64,000 nucleotides of DNA from an uncultured Methylomirabilota bacterium (GCA_963718295.1 CAVQYV010000008.1:11442-75441); one strand, 5' to 3'; counted from the stretch's first letter, positions 23,858-34,907 are shown. The notes: a model not told the origin generated them from the letters alone. Program-made: numbers and translations.

Positions 23858-25744
23858 CTAGCGCGCCCTCGCCCTCTCTGCTGTCCGATCCGCAGGCCGA
23901 GCGGGCGCCCCGCGAAGTCCCGGGAATCCCAGGGAGGTGCGGATCAGTTCGGCCAGGACGGCGGAGATCCCTGGCACTTCCTGCAACTCTTCGAGGGAGG
24001 CCTCCTTCAATCTTGCTACGTTCCCGAAGCGTTTGAGCAGGGCCTTCTTTCTCTTTTCCCCAATTCCTGGGATCTCATCCAATGCCGAATGGATGCCCCG
24101 CTTTCGGCGCAGCAGGCGATGGTAGGAGAGGGCGAAGCGATGGGCCTCGTCCCTGACGCGCTGCAACAGGTGAAGAGCGGGCGAATCAGGAGGCAGGCGC
24201 AGCGGGGCCTGTTTGCCTGGCAACCAGATCTCCTCCTCCTCTTTGGCTAGGGCCAAGATCGCCGCATCAGAGACCCCGTAAGCCTTCAGGACTTGGAGTC
24301 CCGCGTGGAGCTGTCCCTTGCCTCCATCCAGCAAGATGAGGTCGGGCAGCGGGACCTCTTCCCGATGCTGCAGGCGCCGCCGCAGCACCTCCTCCATCAT
24401 TGCGTAATCGTTGGCTCCCAGGACGGTCTTGATCTTGAAGCGGCGATAATGATCCTTTCTCCAATCTCCTTCTTTCCAGGCGATCATGGAGCCGACCGCC
24501 AGGGTGCCGGAGATATTGGAGATATCGTATGCCTCCAGGGTGCGGATCGGTCCGGACAGACCGAGCGCCATTTGGAGGCCTCTGGCCCCCTCCTCCTGGT
24601 CGGTGGTGGAAGACAGGGAACCGGGGAGGACCTGCCCTGCGTTGGCCAGGGCCATCTGGAGAAGCCTGAGTTTCTTCCCTCGGCTGGGTACCACGATCCT
24701 GACCTGCTTCCCGCTCTTTCCCTTCAACCATTCCCTCACCAGTCCCTCCTCTGGAATGGGAAAGGGAAGGACAATCGTCTGGGGGATGCTCCGGTTTCTC
24801 GAATAATATTGCTGGAGGAAGGAACCCAGAAGGATCTCCTTCTCCCCCTCCTCGGTGCCGCGAAAGAGAAACGATTCCCTTCCCAGGAGCCTGCCCTCCC
24901 GGAAGGTGAAGCCCTGGATGGATGCCGCCTCTCCCTGGAAGGCGAGACCGAAGACATCCAGGTTCTCCCGCCCCGAAGAGATCACCCTCTGTTTCTCCAG
25001 GGCCCTCTTAAGGGAGGTTGCCTGGTCCCGGATCTTGGCGGCCCTCTCGAAATCGAGGCGGGCAGCGGCCTCCTTCATGGAATGTCTGAGCTGACGCAAA
25101 AGATCCCTTCTCTTGCCCTCCAGCAAGGCTTTTGCCTGATCGATCAGCACAGCGTATTCCTCTTCGGAGACGACTCCGGTGCAGGGGCCGAGGCATCGAC
25201 CCATGTGATACTCCAGACAGGGGCGGGGAGAGGGCCTTACCCTCTTGCATTTTCGGAGAGGAAAGGCCTTATGGATCAGGGCTAAGGTATCCCACATGGC
25301 AGAGCTCGGGACGTAGGGCCCGAAGTAGAGGGCCCCATCACCTTTGATCCGACGGGCCACGGCCAGCCGGGGGAAAGGTTCCTTCCGGTCGATGCGGATG
25401 AAGGGATAATGCTTGTCATCGCGGAGGATGATATTATATCTGGGTTTTTGCTCCTTCACCAGGTTGCTTTCGAGGATGAAGGCCTCCAATTCGCTGTTGG
25501 TGAGGATGAAGTCGATATTGCGAATCTGGGAGACCATGGATCGAAGCCGGGGAGTAAGGGTGGCAGAGTCCTGGAAGTAGGAGGCTACCCGCTTGCGGAG
25601 GGATAGGGCCTTGCCGATGTAAAGAGGCCTTCGCCGGCCATCTCTCATGGCGTAAACCCCCGGTGCGTCAGGGAGGGCCTGGATCTTCTCCCGGAGTGAA
25701 ATCAGGTCTTTCGTATTCGAATACGTGGTGTGCTCGGCCATCAA
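23858..25744 (-). CDS. uvrC: excinuclease ABC subunit C
   Basis: GIY-YIG N-terminus (GVYAMRDGRRRPLYIGKALSLRKRVASYF) and a C-terminal HhH region. 628 aa. Confidence 0.95.
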   Translation of the reverse strand: MMAEHTTYSNTKDLISLREKIQALPDAPGVYAMRDGRRRPLYIGKALSLRKRVASYFQDSATLTPRLRSMVSQIRNIDFILTNSELEAFILESNLVKEQKPRYNIILRDDKHYPFIRIDRKEPFPRLAVARRIKGDGALYFGPYVPSSAMWDTLALIHKAFPLRKCKRVRPSPRPCLEYHMGRCLGPCTGVVSEEEYAVLIDQAKALLEGKRRDLLRQLRHSMKEAAARLDFERAAKIRDQATSLKRALEKQRVISSGRENLDVFGLAFQGEAASIQGFTFREGRLLGRESFLFRGTEEGEKEILLGSFLQQYYSRNRSIPQTIVLPFPIPEEGLVREWLKGKSGKQVRIVVPSRGKKLRLLQMALANAGQVLPGSLSSTTDQEEGARGLQMALGLSGPIRTLEAYDISNISGTLAVGSMIAWKEGDWRKDHYRRFKIKTVLGANDYAMMEEVLRRRLQHREEVPLPDLILLDGGKGQLHAGLQVLKAYGVSDAAILALAKEEEEIWLPGKQAPLRLPPDSPALHLLQRVRDEAHRFALSYHRLLRRKRGIHSALDEIPGIGEKRKKALLKRFGNVARLKEASLEELQEVPGISAVLAELIRTSLGFPGLRGAPARPADRTAERARAR

Positions 25745-25885
25745 TCAATTATATTATTCCTGGCCTTCTGCGGCGTCAACACTCAAAAGCCAGGTGTGAC
25801 AGCATAGATTGACGGCTCTGGTTGGGGGCCTTGTGGGGACGGCAGGGTTTGATAAGGGAGGCGGCGCACAACCGGGTCAATTGCA

Positions 25886-26890
25886 ATGGGGAAAGAGGGG
25901 GAGGCGATGAAGAGGGATAGGACGGAGGGAATCAAGAGGGTGGGTGTCATCGGAGCAGGCCTCATGGGGCATGGCATTGCCCAGACCTTCGCGGTAGCAG
26001 GCTTCCAGGTGAGCTTGACGGACCGTGCTTCCGAAGTGCTGGCGCAGGCACCCGCTCGCATAGAGAGTAATCTGCGTCTCATGGAGGAGATGGGGCGTTT
26101 AGCCCCTGGTAGGATCTTTGAGATCCTGGCGCGGATCCGCATGGAGGCAGACCTGGCCTCGGCGGTGAAAGAGGCAGACTTCGTGTCCGAGTCCATCTCC
26201 GAGGATCTGAAACTGAAGCAGGAGTTGTTTGAAAAGATGGATGCCATTTGTCCGCCTCATACCATTCTGGCCACCAATAGCTCTTCCTTGTTCCTTTCCC
26301 AGGTGGGAGCCCTGATGGGTCGGCGCGACAGACTCATCGCCACTCACCACCTCAATCCCCCTCACCTGGTCCCATTGGTGGAGGTCATGGGCGACGGGCA
26401 CACCTCGGAGGAAACCCTGCAGAGCACGGTGTCCCTGATGAGGAGGTGCAGATGGGTTCCGGTGGTGCTGAAAAGGCAGGTGGCGGGCTACATCATCAAT
26501 CGCCTGCTGATGGCGCTGTATCGGGAGGCGATCACGATGATTCAAGATGGAATCACCGATGCGGAGGGCTTGGATTTGGCAGTGAAGGCGGGCTTTGGGA
26601 TCAGGATGCCCGTCATGGGCCTTATGGAGGTGGCCGATCTGGCCGGATTGGACCTGATGGAGAAGGTATTGGGCAATCTGATGCCGGAGATCAACTCCCA
26701 GACCAGGCCGCCCGCTCTCCTCTCGGAGAAGGTGAAGAAGAATGAGTTGGGGGCCAAGACCGGCAAGGGCTTCTACGACTGGAGTCAGCGGTCCTTGTCG
26801 GAGTTAATGAGCCAGCGGGATCGCTTCCTCAATCAAATGCGAGCATCCCTTTGGGACCAGGATGATCAGACAATCGGACCCGTGGTGTAG
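25886..26890 (+). CDS. NAD-dependent 3-hydroxyacyl-CoA dehydrogenase family protein
   Basis: VGVIGAGLMGHGIAQTFAVAGFQVSLTD Rossmann motif plus the C-terminal 3HCDH domain pattern. The true start may be ATG 25907. Confidence 0.85.
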   Translation: MGKEGEAMKRDRTEGIKRVGVIGAGLMGHGIAQTFAVAGFQVSLTDRASEVLAQAPARIESNLRLMEEMGRLAPGRIFEILARIRMEADLASAVKEADFVSESISEDLKLKQELFEKMDAICPPHTILATNSSSLFLSQVGALMGRRDRLIATHHLNPPHLVPLVEVMGDGHTSEETLQSTVSLMRRCRWVPVVLKRQVAGYIINRLLMALYREAITMIQDGITDAEGLDLAVKAGFGIRMPVMGLMEVADLAGLDLMEKVLGNLMPEINSQTRPPALLSEKVKKNELGAKTGKGFYDWSQRSLSELMSQRDRFLNQMRASLWDQDDQTIGPVV

Positions 26891-28047
26891 ATGTTAGTGG
26901 AGCCGCTGTAGCCCAGGGTCTCGGCCTTGGTCCCTTTCCCGGAGGCCACTGCTAGGATCTCGGCAAAGATGCGATCCCCAGCCTCTTCCAGCGATTCCTC
27001 TCCCGAGATCACACCGGAGACATCGAGGTCGATGAAATCCGGGAGGCGGGCTACAGTCTTCCAGTTGGCGCAGATCTTGAGGACCGGCACGAAGGGGAAT
27101 CCCTGGGGTGCTCCCAGCCCCGTGGCAAAGGCGATGATCTGGGAGCCCGCGGCAGAAAGGCCGGCCATGATTTCCGGCTCCCGGCCCGGGGAATCCACGA
27201 AGAAGAGCCCTCGTCCCCGTTTCCTCTCCCCATATTCATAGGCGTCCTGGATGAGGGAGGACCCACTCTTCACAATGGATCCGAGGGACTTCTCCTCCAG
27301 GGTGCTGATCCCTCCTGCGATATTGCCGGCGCTGGGGTTTCCCCCCCGGATATCGGAGCCGCTGGCCTTGACCCTTCTCTCCAAGCCATCCACAAAGGAG
27401 AGCAGCTTTTCTGCCACTTCCCTGCTCTTGGACCTTTTGGCCAGGATGTGCTCGGCACCGATGACCTCCGTGGTCTCGCCGAAGATGACCGTACCGTTGA
27501 GGCCGATCAAACGGTCCACCGCCTTTCCCAGGGCAGGGTTGGCGGCCAAACCCGAGGTGGGATCGGAAGCCCCGCATTTCAGACCCAGGACCAACTCTTC
27601 AATTCCTACTTCTTCCCGCCTGAGGGTCGAGATCGCCTGGGCCATTTTTTGAGCCTTGAGGCCAGCCTCGGCCATAGCCCCAAAATATCCCCCCTCCTGC
27701 TGAATCCTGACGATTTCCACGGGCTTTTTCGATTGGCCCATTTCCTCTGCGATGCGGCTCGGATTCAATCCTTCACATCCCAGGGAAACGAGCAAAGCGG
27801 CGCCTACATTCGGGTTCTGGCCGAGATGAATCAGGGTCCGACTCACCATCTCCATATCAGCCTGTGTCTGTCCGCATCCGTTCTGGTGGGTGAAAACTGC
27901 GGCCCCCGGCACCTGGTGGGCGACGTGGATGGCCGCCTCGTTGGCGCAGGTCACCAGGGAGAAGACGGCCAATTGATTGCGGACCCCCACCTCCCCGTTA
28001 GCCCTTCGAAATCCCATAAAGGTAAGATTCCCTTCCATCTTCCTCAT
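26866..28047 (-). CDS. UxaA-family (altronate/galactarate dehydratase-like) large subunit
   Basis: FMGFRRANGEVGVRNQLAVFSLVTCANE... is the typical UxaA C-terminal domain. ATGA start/stop overlap with the SAF-domain gene. Confidence 0.85.
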   Translation of the reverse strand: MRKMEGNLTFMGFRRANGEVGVRNQLAVFSLVTCANEAAIHVAHQVPGAAVFTHQNGCGQTQADMEMVSRTLIHLGQNPNVGAALLVSLGCEGLNPSRIAEEMGQSKKPVEIVRIQQEGGYFGAMAEAGLKAQKMAQAISTLRREEVGIEELVLGLKCGASDPTSGLAANPALGKAVDRLIGLNGTVIFGETTEVIGAEHILAKRSKSREVAEKLLSFVDGLERRVKASGSDIRGGNPSAGNIAGGISTLEEKSLGSIVKSGSSLIQDAYEYGERKRGRGLFFVDSPGREPEIMAGLSAAGSQIIAFATGLGAPQGFPFVPVLKICANWKTVARLPDFIDLDVSGVISGEESLEEAGDRIFAEILAVASGKGTKAETLGYSGSTNIYTTGPIV

Positions 28048-28358
28048 CGGCCTTGCCCTCTGGATCGCTGGCTCACCAGGTTGTGGATATGCACGAGGCC
28101 CCCGGGATGGATATCCTGGCTCGCTTCGCCGATCAATTCCCCATACTTACGCACTTCTCCCGCCTGAGGGATAAAAGTGGTGGCGAACTTATGGGCGAAG
28201 GGAATCGATTCCGTCAGCGTGATGGATGAACTCCCTTTTCCGGAAGCAAGCGGAAGGATCTCCCCTTTCTGCAGATCGGCGAGGGCGGTCGCCGTATTAT
28301 CGGAGGGATGGAGCAGGATATGCCTCCTTCCTTGGCCCTGAGTCTGCTGCTCGACCAT
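28044..28358 (-). CDS. UxaA-family small subunit (SAF domain)
   Basis: ILLHPSDNTATALADLQKGE...IPFAHKFA...GEVRKYGELIG is the SAF-domain pattern. Confidence 0.75.
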   Translation of the reverse strand: MVEQQTQGQGRRHILLHPSDNTATALADLQKGEILPLASGKGSSSITLTESIPFAHKFATTFIPQAGEVRKYGELIGEASQDIHPGGLVHIHNLVSQRSRGQGR

Positions 28359-28425
28359 TTCCGCTCCTTTCTAAAGACCATGGGCAAGACCTATGCACCG
28401 GGCCTTCCATTGCCCGAGTTTAGGA

Positions 28426-28872
28426 CTACCATAAATGCTGAAGCCAACCTGACCTCGCACCCGGCCTATCATCGATTTTGGGCACATAGGGCTTGATGTC
28501 CAGGAGGGGCGTGCCATTGAGGACATCGATCCCCGAGACCCGGAGGAAATTCCCTTCCCTTCCGATCAACTCTACGGTAGAGATCCCAATGTGATTGGGC
28601 CTCCTGGGAGATCGGGTGGCGAAGACGCCGTGGATGCTCTCTTCCAGGTAGGATTTCACCATCATCCTGGTCTGCCCCTCCCGGTGGAAGAAGTACAGGA
28701 TGATGAGGTGAGAGAATCCTTCGATATCCTGAAGCCCCGGCTCGTACTCCTGGAATATCTCCAGAGTCGCCAAAGCCTGAGACCGAATGGACTGGAGCGG
28801 GGTCTCGTCCATCTCCTGGAAGGGGGAATGAATGATACCGATGGGGGAGATGATGATCTGTCTGGGATTCAT
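28426..28872 (-). CDS. trmO: tRNA (N6-threonylcarbamoyladenosine37-N6)-methyltransferase TrmO/TsaA family
   Basis: ISPIGIIHSPF, EGFSHLIILYFFH, GVFATRSPRRPNHIGIS and LDGTPLLDIKPY-type motifs. Start set at ATG 28872; the ORF-track extension to 29085 is not protein-like. Confidence 0.85.
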   Translation of the reverse strand: MNPRQIIISPIGIIHSPFQEMDETPLQSIRSQALATLEIFQEYEPGLQDIEGFSHLIILYFFHREGQTRMMVKSYLEESIHGVFATRSPRRPNHIGISTVELIGREGNFLRVSGIDVLNGTPLLDIKPYVPKIDDRPGARSGWLQHLW

Positions 28873-28925
28873 AACCGACGATTCCAACTGGGATTTGCAG
28901 GGAAGGGAGGCATGAGCCTTGTCAC

Positions 28926-29828
28926 CTAAGCGTTTCTTCCTACCACCTTTGCCACCTGCCGGATATGCTCGGGAAGCACTCCGCAGCAGCCACCGATGAC
29001 GGAGACCCCAAGATCCAGAAGATCCTGCACCTTGGCCGAAAAAGCCTCGGGCTCCTGGGCATAGACCGTCTTTTCGCCGATCCATTGGGGCGTTCCGGCA
29101 TTGGGCTGAGCAGCCAGATATCCTGAATCCAGGCCTCTCATTTCCGCCATCAGGCCCACCATCTCCTCCATGCCCTGTCCGCAGTTGGACCCGATCACTT
29201 GGACGCCCTCCTCGCGCAGGGCCCGGACGGCGGTCTCAGGATCGATTCCCATCATGGTTCGATATCCCTTCTGTCCCAAACTGAAGGACATGGTGGCGAT
29301 GATGGGAAGATTCGTACTCTCCCTGGCGGCGCGGATGGCGATCTGGATCTCCTCCAGATCGGACATGGTGCGAAAACAGAGGACATCCACCCCCCCTTCC
29401 GCCAGGGCCAGGGACTGCTCCCGGAAGACACCATACACCTCTTCCTGGGCAAGGGCCCCCAGGGGCGCCAAAAGCTCTCCGGTGGGCCCGACAGAGCCAA
29501 AGATGAAGCAAGATCTGGGCAGGGCCTGACGGGCGATCGCCGCTCCCCTCCGGTTCATTTCATAGGTCCTCTCCTCCAGGCCGAATCTTTTCAGTTTGAT
29601 CCGGTTGGCGCCGAAGGTGTTGGTGCCAATGAGCTCTGCTCCCGCCTCGTGGAAAGAGTGATAGACCTCGGCGACCTCCTCGGGATGTTGGATATTCCAG
29701 ATCTCAGAAGTCTCACCGGCAGGCAGACCCCGGTCTTGTATCAGGGTGCCCACTGCGCCACTGGATACTATGGGGCCGAGGGAGAGACGATGCAGGAAGG
29801 TGTTCATCTTAGGAGGATTCCTTTTCAA
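28926..29828 (-). CDS. homocysteine S-methyltransferase domain protein
   Basis: GAELIGTNTFGANR and a C-terminal GGCCG zinc-binding motif. Confidence 0.8.
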   Translation of the reverse strand: MKRNPPKMNTFLHRLSLGPIVSSGAVGTLIQDRGLPAGETSEIWNIQHPEEVAEVYHSFHEAGAELIGTNTFGANRIKLKRFGLEERTYEMNRRGAAIARQALPRSCFIFGSVGPTGELLAPLGALAQEEVYGVFREQSLALAEGGVDVLCFRTMSDLEEIQIAIRAARESTNLPIIATMSFSLGQKGYRTMMGIDPETAVRALREEGVQVIGSNCGQGMEEMVGLMAEMRGLDSGYLAAQPNAGTPQWIGEKTVYAQEPEAFSAKVQDLLDLGVSVIGGCCGVLPEHIRQVAKVVGRNA

Positions 29829-29997
29829 GGGATGGCTGGGACCTGAACCCGATCAGGGAGGAAGAGGTCTTTTGGCTGAGTGAGGCCCAGGAGCCCGCTG
29901 ATAGAGGTGATCTTCCGAAACGTGCTTGGATAGGCTTGAGGAGCTTCCAGGGGTTTGCGGCGAAATGTTCCAAAGACAATGGGGGAATCAATGGGCC

Positions 29998-30270
29998 TTA
30001 CCAGATCCTGGAGGGGATACGGGAGCCTTCGCCCCTGACCAGGATGTCCACCAAAGCCTGGTCGAAATAATTGGACTGAGGAGCGAGATCAGAGCTGACA
30101 TTAGCTTCGTAATAGCGCCTTCCCGCCAGGATATCTTGGGCCAAAACATCGAATAGGGTGTCGCTTTCGATGCCCCGTTTGACCTTTTCCCTGTTGTAGA
30201 GGATGATTTCTTCTACGATGAGCCGGGCGAGACGTTCGGCTCGTTGTTCCGGACCCGGTGCTTCCGCCAT
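29998..30270 (-). CDS. small conserved-looking hypothetical protein
   Basis: Protein-like sequence (RLARLIVEEIILYNREKVKRGIESDTLFDVLAQDILAGRRYYE). No family recognised. Start at 30270 avoids overlap with purF. Confidence 0.4.
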   Translation of the reverse strand: MAEAPGPEQRAERLARLIVEEIILYNREKVKRGIESDTLFDVLAQDILAGRRYYEANVSSDLAPQSNYFDQALVDILVRGEGSRIPSRIW

Positions 30271-30293
30271 CGCATCCTCTCCTTCCGTTTTCC

Positions 30294-31694
30294 TCACTCA
30301 AAGAGCGCCAACTGTGCCACCAATTCCTGAGAATGGAGGCTAATTGGATAGTCCCCGGTAAAGCAAGCCAGGCAGAATCCATCTTTTCTATCCACTGCCT
30401 TCATCATCCCCTCCAGGCTGAGATAGGAAAGGGTATTTGCCCGGAGATAACGGCATATTTCTTCCTTGCTGTGGGTGGCGGCGATGAGTTCCTTGCGGGT
30501 GGGAGTGTCGATGCCGTAGTAGCACGGAGAAAGGAAAGGAGGAGAGGTGATTCGGAGATGAACCTCCCGGGCTCCCGCGGCCTTCACCATGGAGACGATT
30601 TTTCGACTGGTGGTACCCCGTACGATGGAATCATCTACCACCACCACCCGCCTTCCTTCCAGCACCTGGCGGACCGCGTTCAATTTGATCTTTACCCCGA
30701 AGTGCCGGATCGATTGTTTGGGCTCGATGAAGGTACGGCCTATGTAATGGTTGCGGATCAACCCATATTCGAAAGGGATCCCAGATTGGCGGGAGTAGCC
30801 GAGGGCGGCATATACTCCGGAATCAGGTACTGGCACTACCAGATCGGCTTCCACTGGCGCCTCGTTCGCCAACTGAGCACCCAACCTGTGACGCACCTGG
30901 TGAACGCTCTGGCCGAAAAGGAGACTGTCGGGGCGAGCCAAATAGATATGCTCGAAGATGCACTGCTTGGTTTCTGCCGGAGGGAAGGGGAAATGGGAAT
31001 GGACTCCCTCCTGATTGATGCGCACGACTTCACCGGGCTCCACATCCCGCACGAATCGGGCTTCGATGAGATCGAAGGCACACGTCTCGGAAGCCAAGAC
31101 ATAGCCCCCCTTGAATTTGCCCAGCGAGAGGGGTCGCAGTCCATGGGGATCTCGGATCCCGACCAATTCCTGCTCGTTCATCAGGACGAGGCAATAGGCG
31201 CCCCTCACCTTCTCCAGGGCGTCAATCGTCGCATCCAGCAGGGAGTCGGCGGAAGATCGGGCAATCAGATGTACCATTACCTCAGAATCGGAAGAGGAGG
31301 AAAAGATCGCGCCCTGGCTCTCCAACTCGGCCCTCAAAGGGACGGAGTTGACGAGATTCCCGTTGTGGCCTAAGGCCAGGGATCCCTGCCGGTATGAGGC
31401 AAGGAAGGGCTGGGCATTGGCCAGGTTGCTGGTCCCAGTGGTCGAGTAGCGCACGTGTCCGATAGCGACGGTGCCCGGGAGCTTTCGTAAGTGCTCCTCC
31501 GAGAAGACATCGGCAACGAGACCCATTCCCTTTTCGACCAGAAGAGATTGGCCGTCACTGACCACCACTCCGGCGCTCTCCTGACCTCGGTGTTGCAGCG
31601 CATAAAGTCCCAGATATGCGATGTTGGAGGCCTCGGGGTGCCCATAAACCCCTATGATTCCGCACTCTTCTCTTAGCTTGTCCCCTGTGATCAT
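30294..31694 (-). CDS. purF: amidophosphoribosyltransferase
   Basis: N-terminal ECGIIGVYG (Ntn Cys), YALQHRGQESAGVV and the PRPP-binding VVVVDDSIVRGTT. Confidence 0.95.
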   Translation of the reverse strand: MITGDKLREECGIIGVYGHPEASNIAYLGLYALQHRGQESAGVVVSDGQSLLVEKGMGLVADVFSEEHLRKLPGTVAIGHVRYSTTGTSNLANAQPFLASYRQGSLALGHNGNLVNSVPLRAELESQGAIFSSSSDSEVMVHLIARSSADSLLDATIDALEKVRGAYCLVLMNEQELVGIRDPHGLRPLSLGKFKGGYVLASETCAFDLIEARFVRDVEPGEVVRINQEGVHSHFPFPPAETKQCIFEHIYLARPDSLLFGQSVHQVRHRLGAQLANEAPVEADLVVPVPDSGVYAALGYSRQSGIPFEYGLIRNHYIGRTFIEPKQSIRHFGVKIKLNAVRQVLEGRRVVVVDDSIVRGTTSRKIVSMVKAAGAREVHLRITSPPFLSPCYYGIDTPTRKELIAATHSKEEICRYLRANTLSYLSLEGMMKAVDRKDGFCLACFTGDYPISLHSQELVAQLALFE

Positions 31695-31869
31695 GGCTTC
31701 CCCTCACTTCTCGCAGTATACTCGATTGGACCCAAAATGACAAACGAAAATGCTTGATCCAGTTGGCCAGGTTGGCAATGGATCGTCTTATGGGAGTCCC
31801 AAGTCTCAATTTTGCAGAGAAGGGCAGGGGACGGGATGATGGGGAAAGCGGGAAATCGAGCAGGGCCGA

Positions 31870-33036
31870 TCAGAGGGTGCGCCGAATGCATCGAATCGCC
31901 TGGTGGGTACGATCCTCATTCTCCACCAGGGCAAAGCGCACATGGGAATCCCCGAATTGCCCGAAACCGATGCCGGGAGACACGGCTACCTTGGCCTCCT
32001 TCAACAGGAATTTGGAGAATTCGAGGGACCCCATGGAGAGGTACTGCTCGGGGATCTTCGCCCAGACGAACATCGTCCCCTTGGGCTTGGGAATCTTCCA
32101 GCCGGCTCGATTCAGCCCATCCACCAGGCAATCCCTGCGCGATCGATAAGTGGCCACGATCTCCTGGACGCAATCCTGCGGTCCATTCAATGCGATGATG
32201 CTGGCAATCTGAATCGGTTGAAAGACGCCATAATCCAAATAGCTCTTGATTCGGGCGAGGGCGCTGATGATCTGGCAATTTCCTACGGCAAAGCCCACCC
32301 GCCATCCAGCCATGCTGTAGCTCTTGGAGAGGGTGAAGAATTCGATTCCCACATCCTTGGCGCCGGGGATCTGCAGGAAACTGGGCGCCCGGTAGCCGTC
32401 GAAGACCAGATCCGCATAGGCGAAATCATGGACCACGATCAGGTTGTGCTCTTTGGCCAAGGCAACGACCTTTTCAAAGAAATCCCGCTCTACGACCGCT
32501 GTGGTGGGATTGTGGGGAAAGCTGAGCATGAGGACTTTGGGCAAAGGCCAGCTCTGGCGGAAGGATTCGAGGAGGGATTCAAAGAAATCCGCTTCCGGAT
32601 CCAGCTTGACCGAGCACACACTCGCCCCGGCAATGATGGCTGAATAGGCGTGGATGGGATAGGTGGGATCAGGAACCAGGGCCGAATCGCCCGGCCCCAA
32701 GAGGGCCAATGCCAGATGGGCGATCCCCTCTTTGGCTCCGATGGTGGCAATGGCCTCCGTCTCCGGGTCAAGTTCCACACCGTAGTTTCTGCGATACCAA
32801 TCGGTGATGGCCCCCCTCAACTTTCCAATGCCCCGGGAGGCTGAATACCGATGATTTCTGGGGTTCCTCACCGCCTCGATGAGCTTTTCCACGATGTGAG
32901 GAGGAGTCGGCAGGTCCGGATTTCCCATGCCGAAATCGATGATATCCTCTCCCCTGGCCCTTGCCTGGACCTTTAGCTCATTGACGATGTTGAAGACGTA
33001 AGGGGGAAGCCTCTTGATGCGATGGAATTGCTCCAT
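31870..33036 (-). CDS. class I/II PLP aminotransferase (alanine/aspartate type)
   Basis: [16 protein letters not shown]...[22 protein letters not shown] and [13 protein letters not shown] (PLP Lys). Start set at ATG 33036, with GGAGG upstream. Confidence 0.85.
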   Translation of the reverse strand: MEQFHRIKRLPPYVFNIVNELKVQARARGEDIIDFGMGNPDLPTPPHIVEKLIEAVRNPRNHRYSASRGIGKLRGAITDWYRRNYGVELDPETEAIATIGAKEGIAHLALALLGPGDSALVPDPTYPIHAYSAIIAGASVCSVKLDPEADFFESLLESFRQSWPLPKVLMLSFPHNPTTAVVERDFFEKVVALAKEHNLIVVHDFAYADLVFDGYRAPSFLQIPGAKDVGIEFFTLSKSYSMAGWRVGFAVGNCQIISALARIKSYLDYGVFQPIQIASIIALNGPQDCVQEIVATYRSRRDCLVDGLNRAGWKIPKPKGTMFVWAKIPEQYLSMGSLEFSKFLLKEAKVAVSPGIGFGQFGDSHVRFALVENEDRTHQAIRCIRRTL

Positions 33037-33262
33037 TTCCCGTCCCTCCCCTATTGCCTGTCGGCCCTGGGCTTTTTGGTATGGCCACAAAAAAGCGTGA
33101 GGCATGATCATACAGCCAAAAGACTTTGTCAAGCCCCTTTTTCTCATCGATTGAACCCTTTGGGAGGAAAATGACCGCTTTCCAACTTGACTAATAGGGG
33201 CAATTGATATAGGCATCTGAACGAGACCAACTTTCATAAATCGTTGTCAAAGGAGGAGATGG

Positions 33263-34907
33263 ATGAAGTGCTCTGACGCTATTGCCGAGATATTGAAACG
33301 CGAAGGAGTCCGGTTCTTGATCGGATACCCGGTGAATCCGGTCTTCGAAGCGGCTGCCAAGGCGGACATTCGAACGATTATCGTTCGCCAGGAGCGGGTG
33401 GGATTACACATGGCCGATGCGGTGAGCCGAATCACCTCGGGACAGCAGATCGGCGTGTTTGCAATGCAATGGGGCCCGGGGTCGGAGAACGCATTTGGAG
33501 GAGTGGCCCAGGCCTACAGCGAGTCGGTTCCCCTGGTGGTTCTGGCTGGAGGCTACGCCCGCCACATGATGAACATCGACCCCAACTTCAACTCCTTCAT
33601 CAACTTTCGCAACGTCACCAAGTGGATCGAACAGGTGCCCCTGGCCCCCCACCTACCCGATATCATGCGTCGGGCTTTCACCCAGGCGAAGAATGGACGT
33701 CCCCGTCCGGCCCTCATTGAGATACCACGGGATGTCTTCGACGAGGAGGTGCCAGAGCCGATCAGCTACGACCTTACGCCCCGGACGCGCTTCGGGCCGG
33801 ATCCCAAGGCGGTCAGTGAGGTGGCACAAGTCATAGCCGCTGCGAAGCGACCCGTCATTTATGCGGGGCAGGGAGTCCACTACGCTCAGGCGTGGCAGCA
33901 GCTGCGCGAGCTGGCGGAGATGCTGGAAAGCCCGGTCATGACCAGCCTCCAAGGGAAGAGTGCCTTTCCGGAGAATCATCCTCTGGCGCTGGGCGCCGGC
34001 AATCGGACCTTTCCCAAGACCGTCCACCATTTCCTCCTGAATTCCGACGTCATCTTCGGCATCGGCTGCAGCTTCACCCGCACCAATTTTGGCGTGCCCA
34101 TGCCCAAAGGCAAGACCCTCATCCAGGCCACGTTGGATCCCATGGATCTGAACAAGGATATACCCGTACAATACGCGCTCATCGGGGATGCTCAGCTCAC
34201 CTTGGAGGCGCTGATCGCCGAATTGAGGGACATTTTGAAGAGCCGAAAAGCGCGAGCCGAACGGCAAGGTGCGGCAGGAGATCAAACAGGTCAAGGATGA
34301 ATGGCTCGCCCAATGGATGCCGAAGCTCACCTCCAAGGAGGTGCCGATTACGCCTTATCGCCTGATCTGGGATCTCATGCACACGGTCGATCGGAGCAAC
34401 ACCATCATCACTCACGATGCGGGCAGCCCGCGCGACCAGATCGCCCCATTCTGGGAAAGCATCACGCCTCTCAGTTACATCGGCTGGGGTAAAACTACTC
34501 AGCTCGGCATGGGCTTGGGATTGGCGATGGGGGCCAAGCTGGCCAAACCCGAAAAGCTTTGCATCAATGTGATGGGCGATGCGGCCATCGGTTTCACGGG
34601 CATGGATTTTGAGACGGCGGCCCGGGAGCGAATCCCCATCTTGACCATCGTGCTCAATAACTTCTCAATGGCGTGTGAGCTGGGGATCATGAAGGTATCC
34701 ACCGAGAAGTTCCGCAGCACCGATATCTCCGGAAATTACGCGGACATGGCCAGGGCCTTCGGAGGCCATGGGGAGCGGGTGGAGAAGCCTGAAGAGATCA
34801 TCCCCGCCATCCAGCGGGCGATCCGGGCAACCGAGGAGGGAAAGCCCGCCCTGCTGGAGATCCTCACCTCCCAGGAGTTGGATTGCTCCATCTTCAAGTG
34901 GGCGTAA
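33263..34907 (+). CDS. thiamine-diphosphate enzyme of the acetolactate synthase / sulfoacetaldehyde acetyltransferase superfamily (frame break 34239-34270)
   Basis: The N-terminal Pyr domain (GVRFLIGYPVNP...GPGSENAFGGVAQAY) and middle domain are in one frame. The PP domain, with GDAAIGFTGMDFETAARERIPILTIVLNN, is in another frame. Confidence 0.75.

Noticed and set aside
28044-28047. UxaA-family dehydratase split into a 104-aa SAF protein and a 393-aa protein, considered as another frameshift.
   Set aside because: The two ORFs meet at a clean ATGA overlap with full-length domains on each side. Two-subunit UxaA-type enzymes are a known arrangement.
28873-29085. N-terminal extensions offered by the ORF track. 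Examples are trmO to 29085, the aminotransferase to 33237, the DUF853 gene from 60449, the flavoprotein from 38647 and the Spy-like gene from 40004.
   Set aside because: The extensions are not protein-like. Internal ATGs with good SD sequences coincide with the start of family-conserved sequence.
34269-34300. With selC present, the idea that split ORF pairs reflect UGA-selenocysteine recoding rather than frameshifts.
   Set aside because: In every split pair (3541, 11214, 12290, 34260, 63790) the downstream segment is in a different reading frame. It is not in-frame after a TGA.
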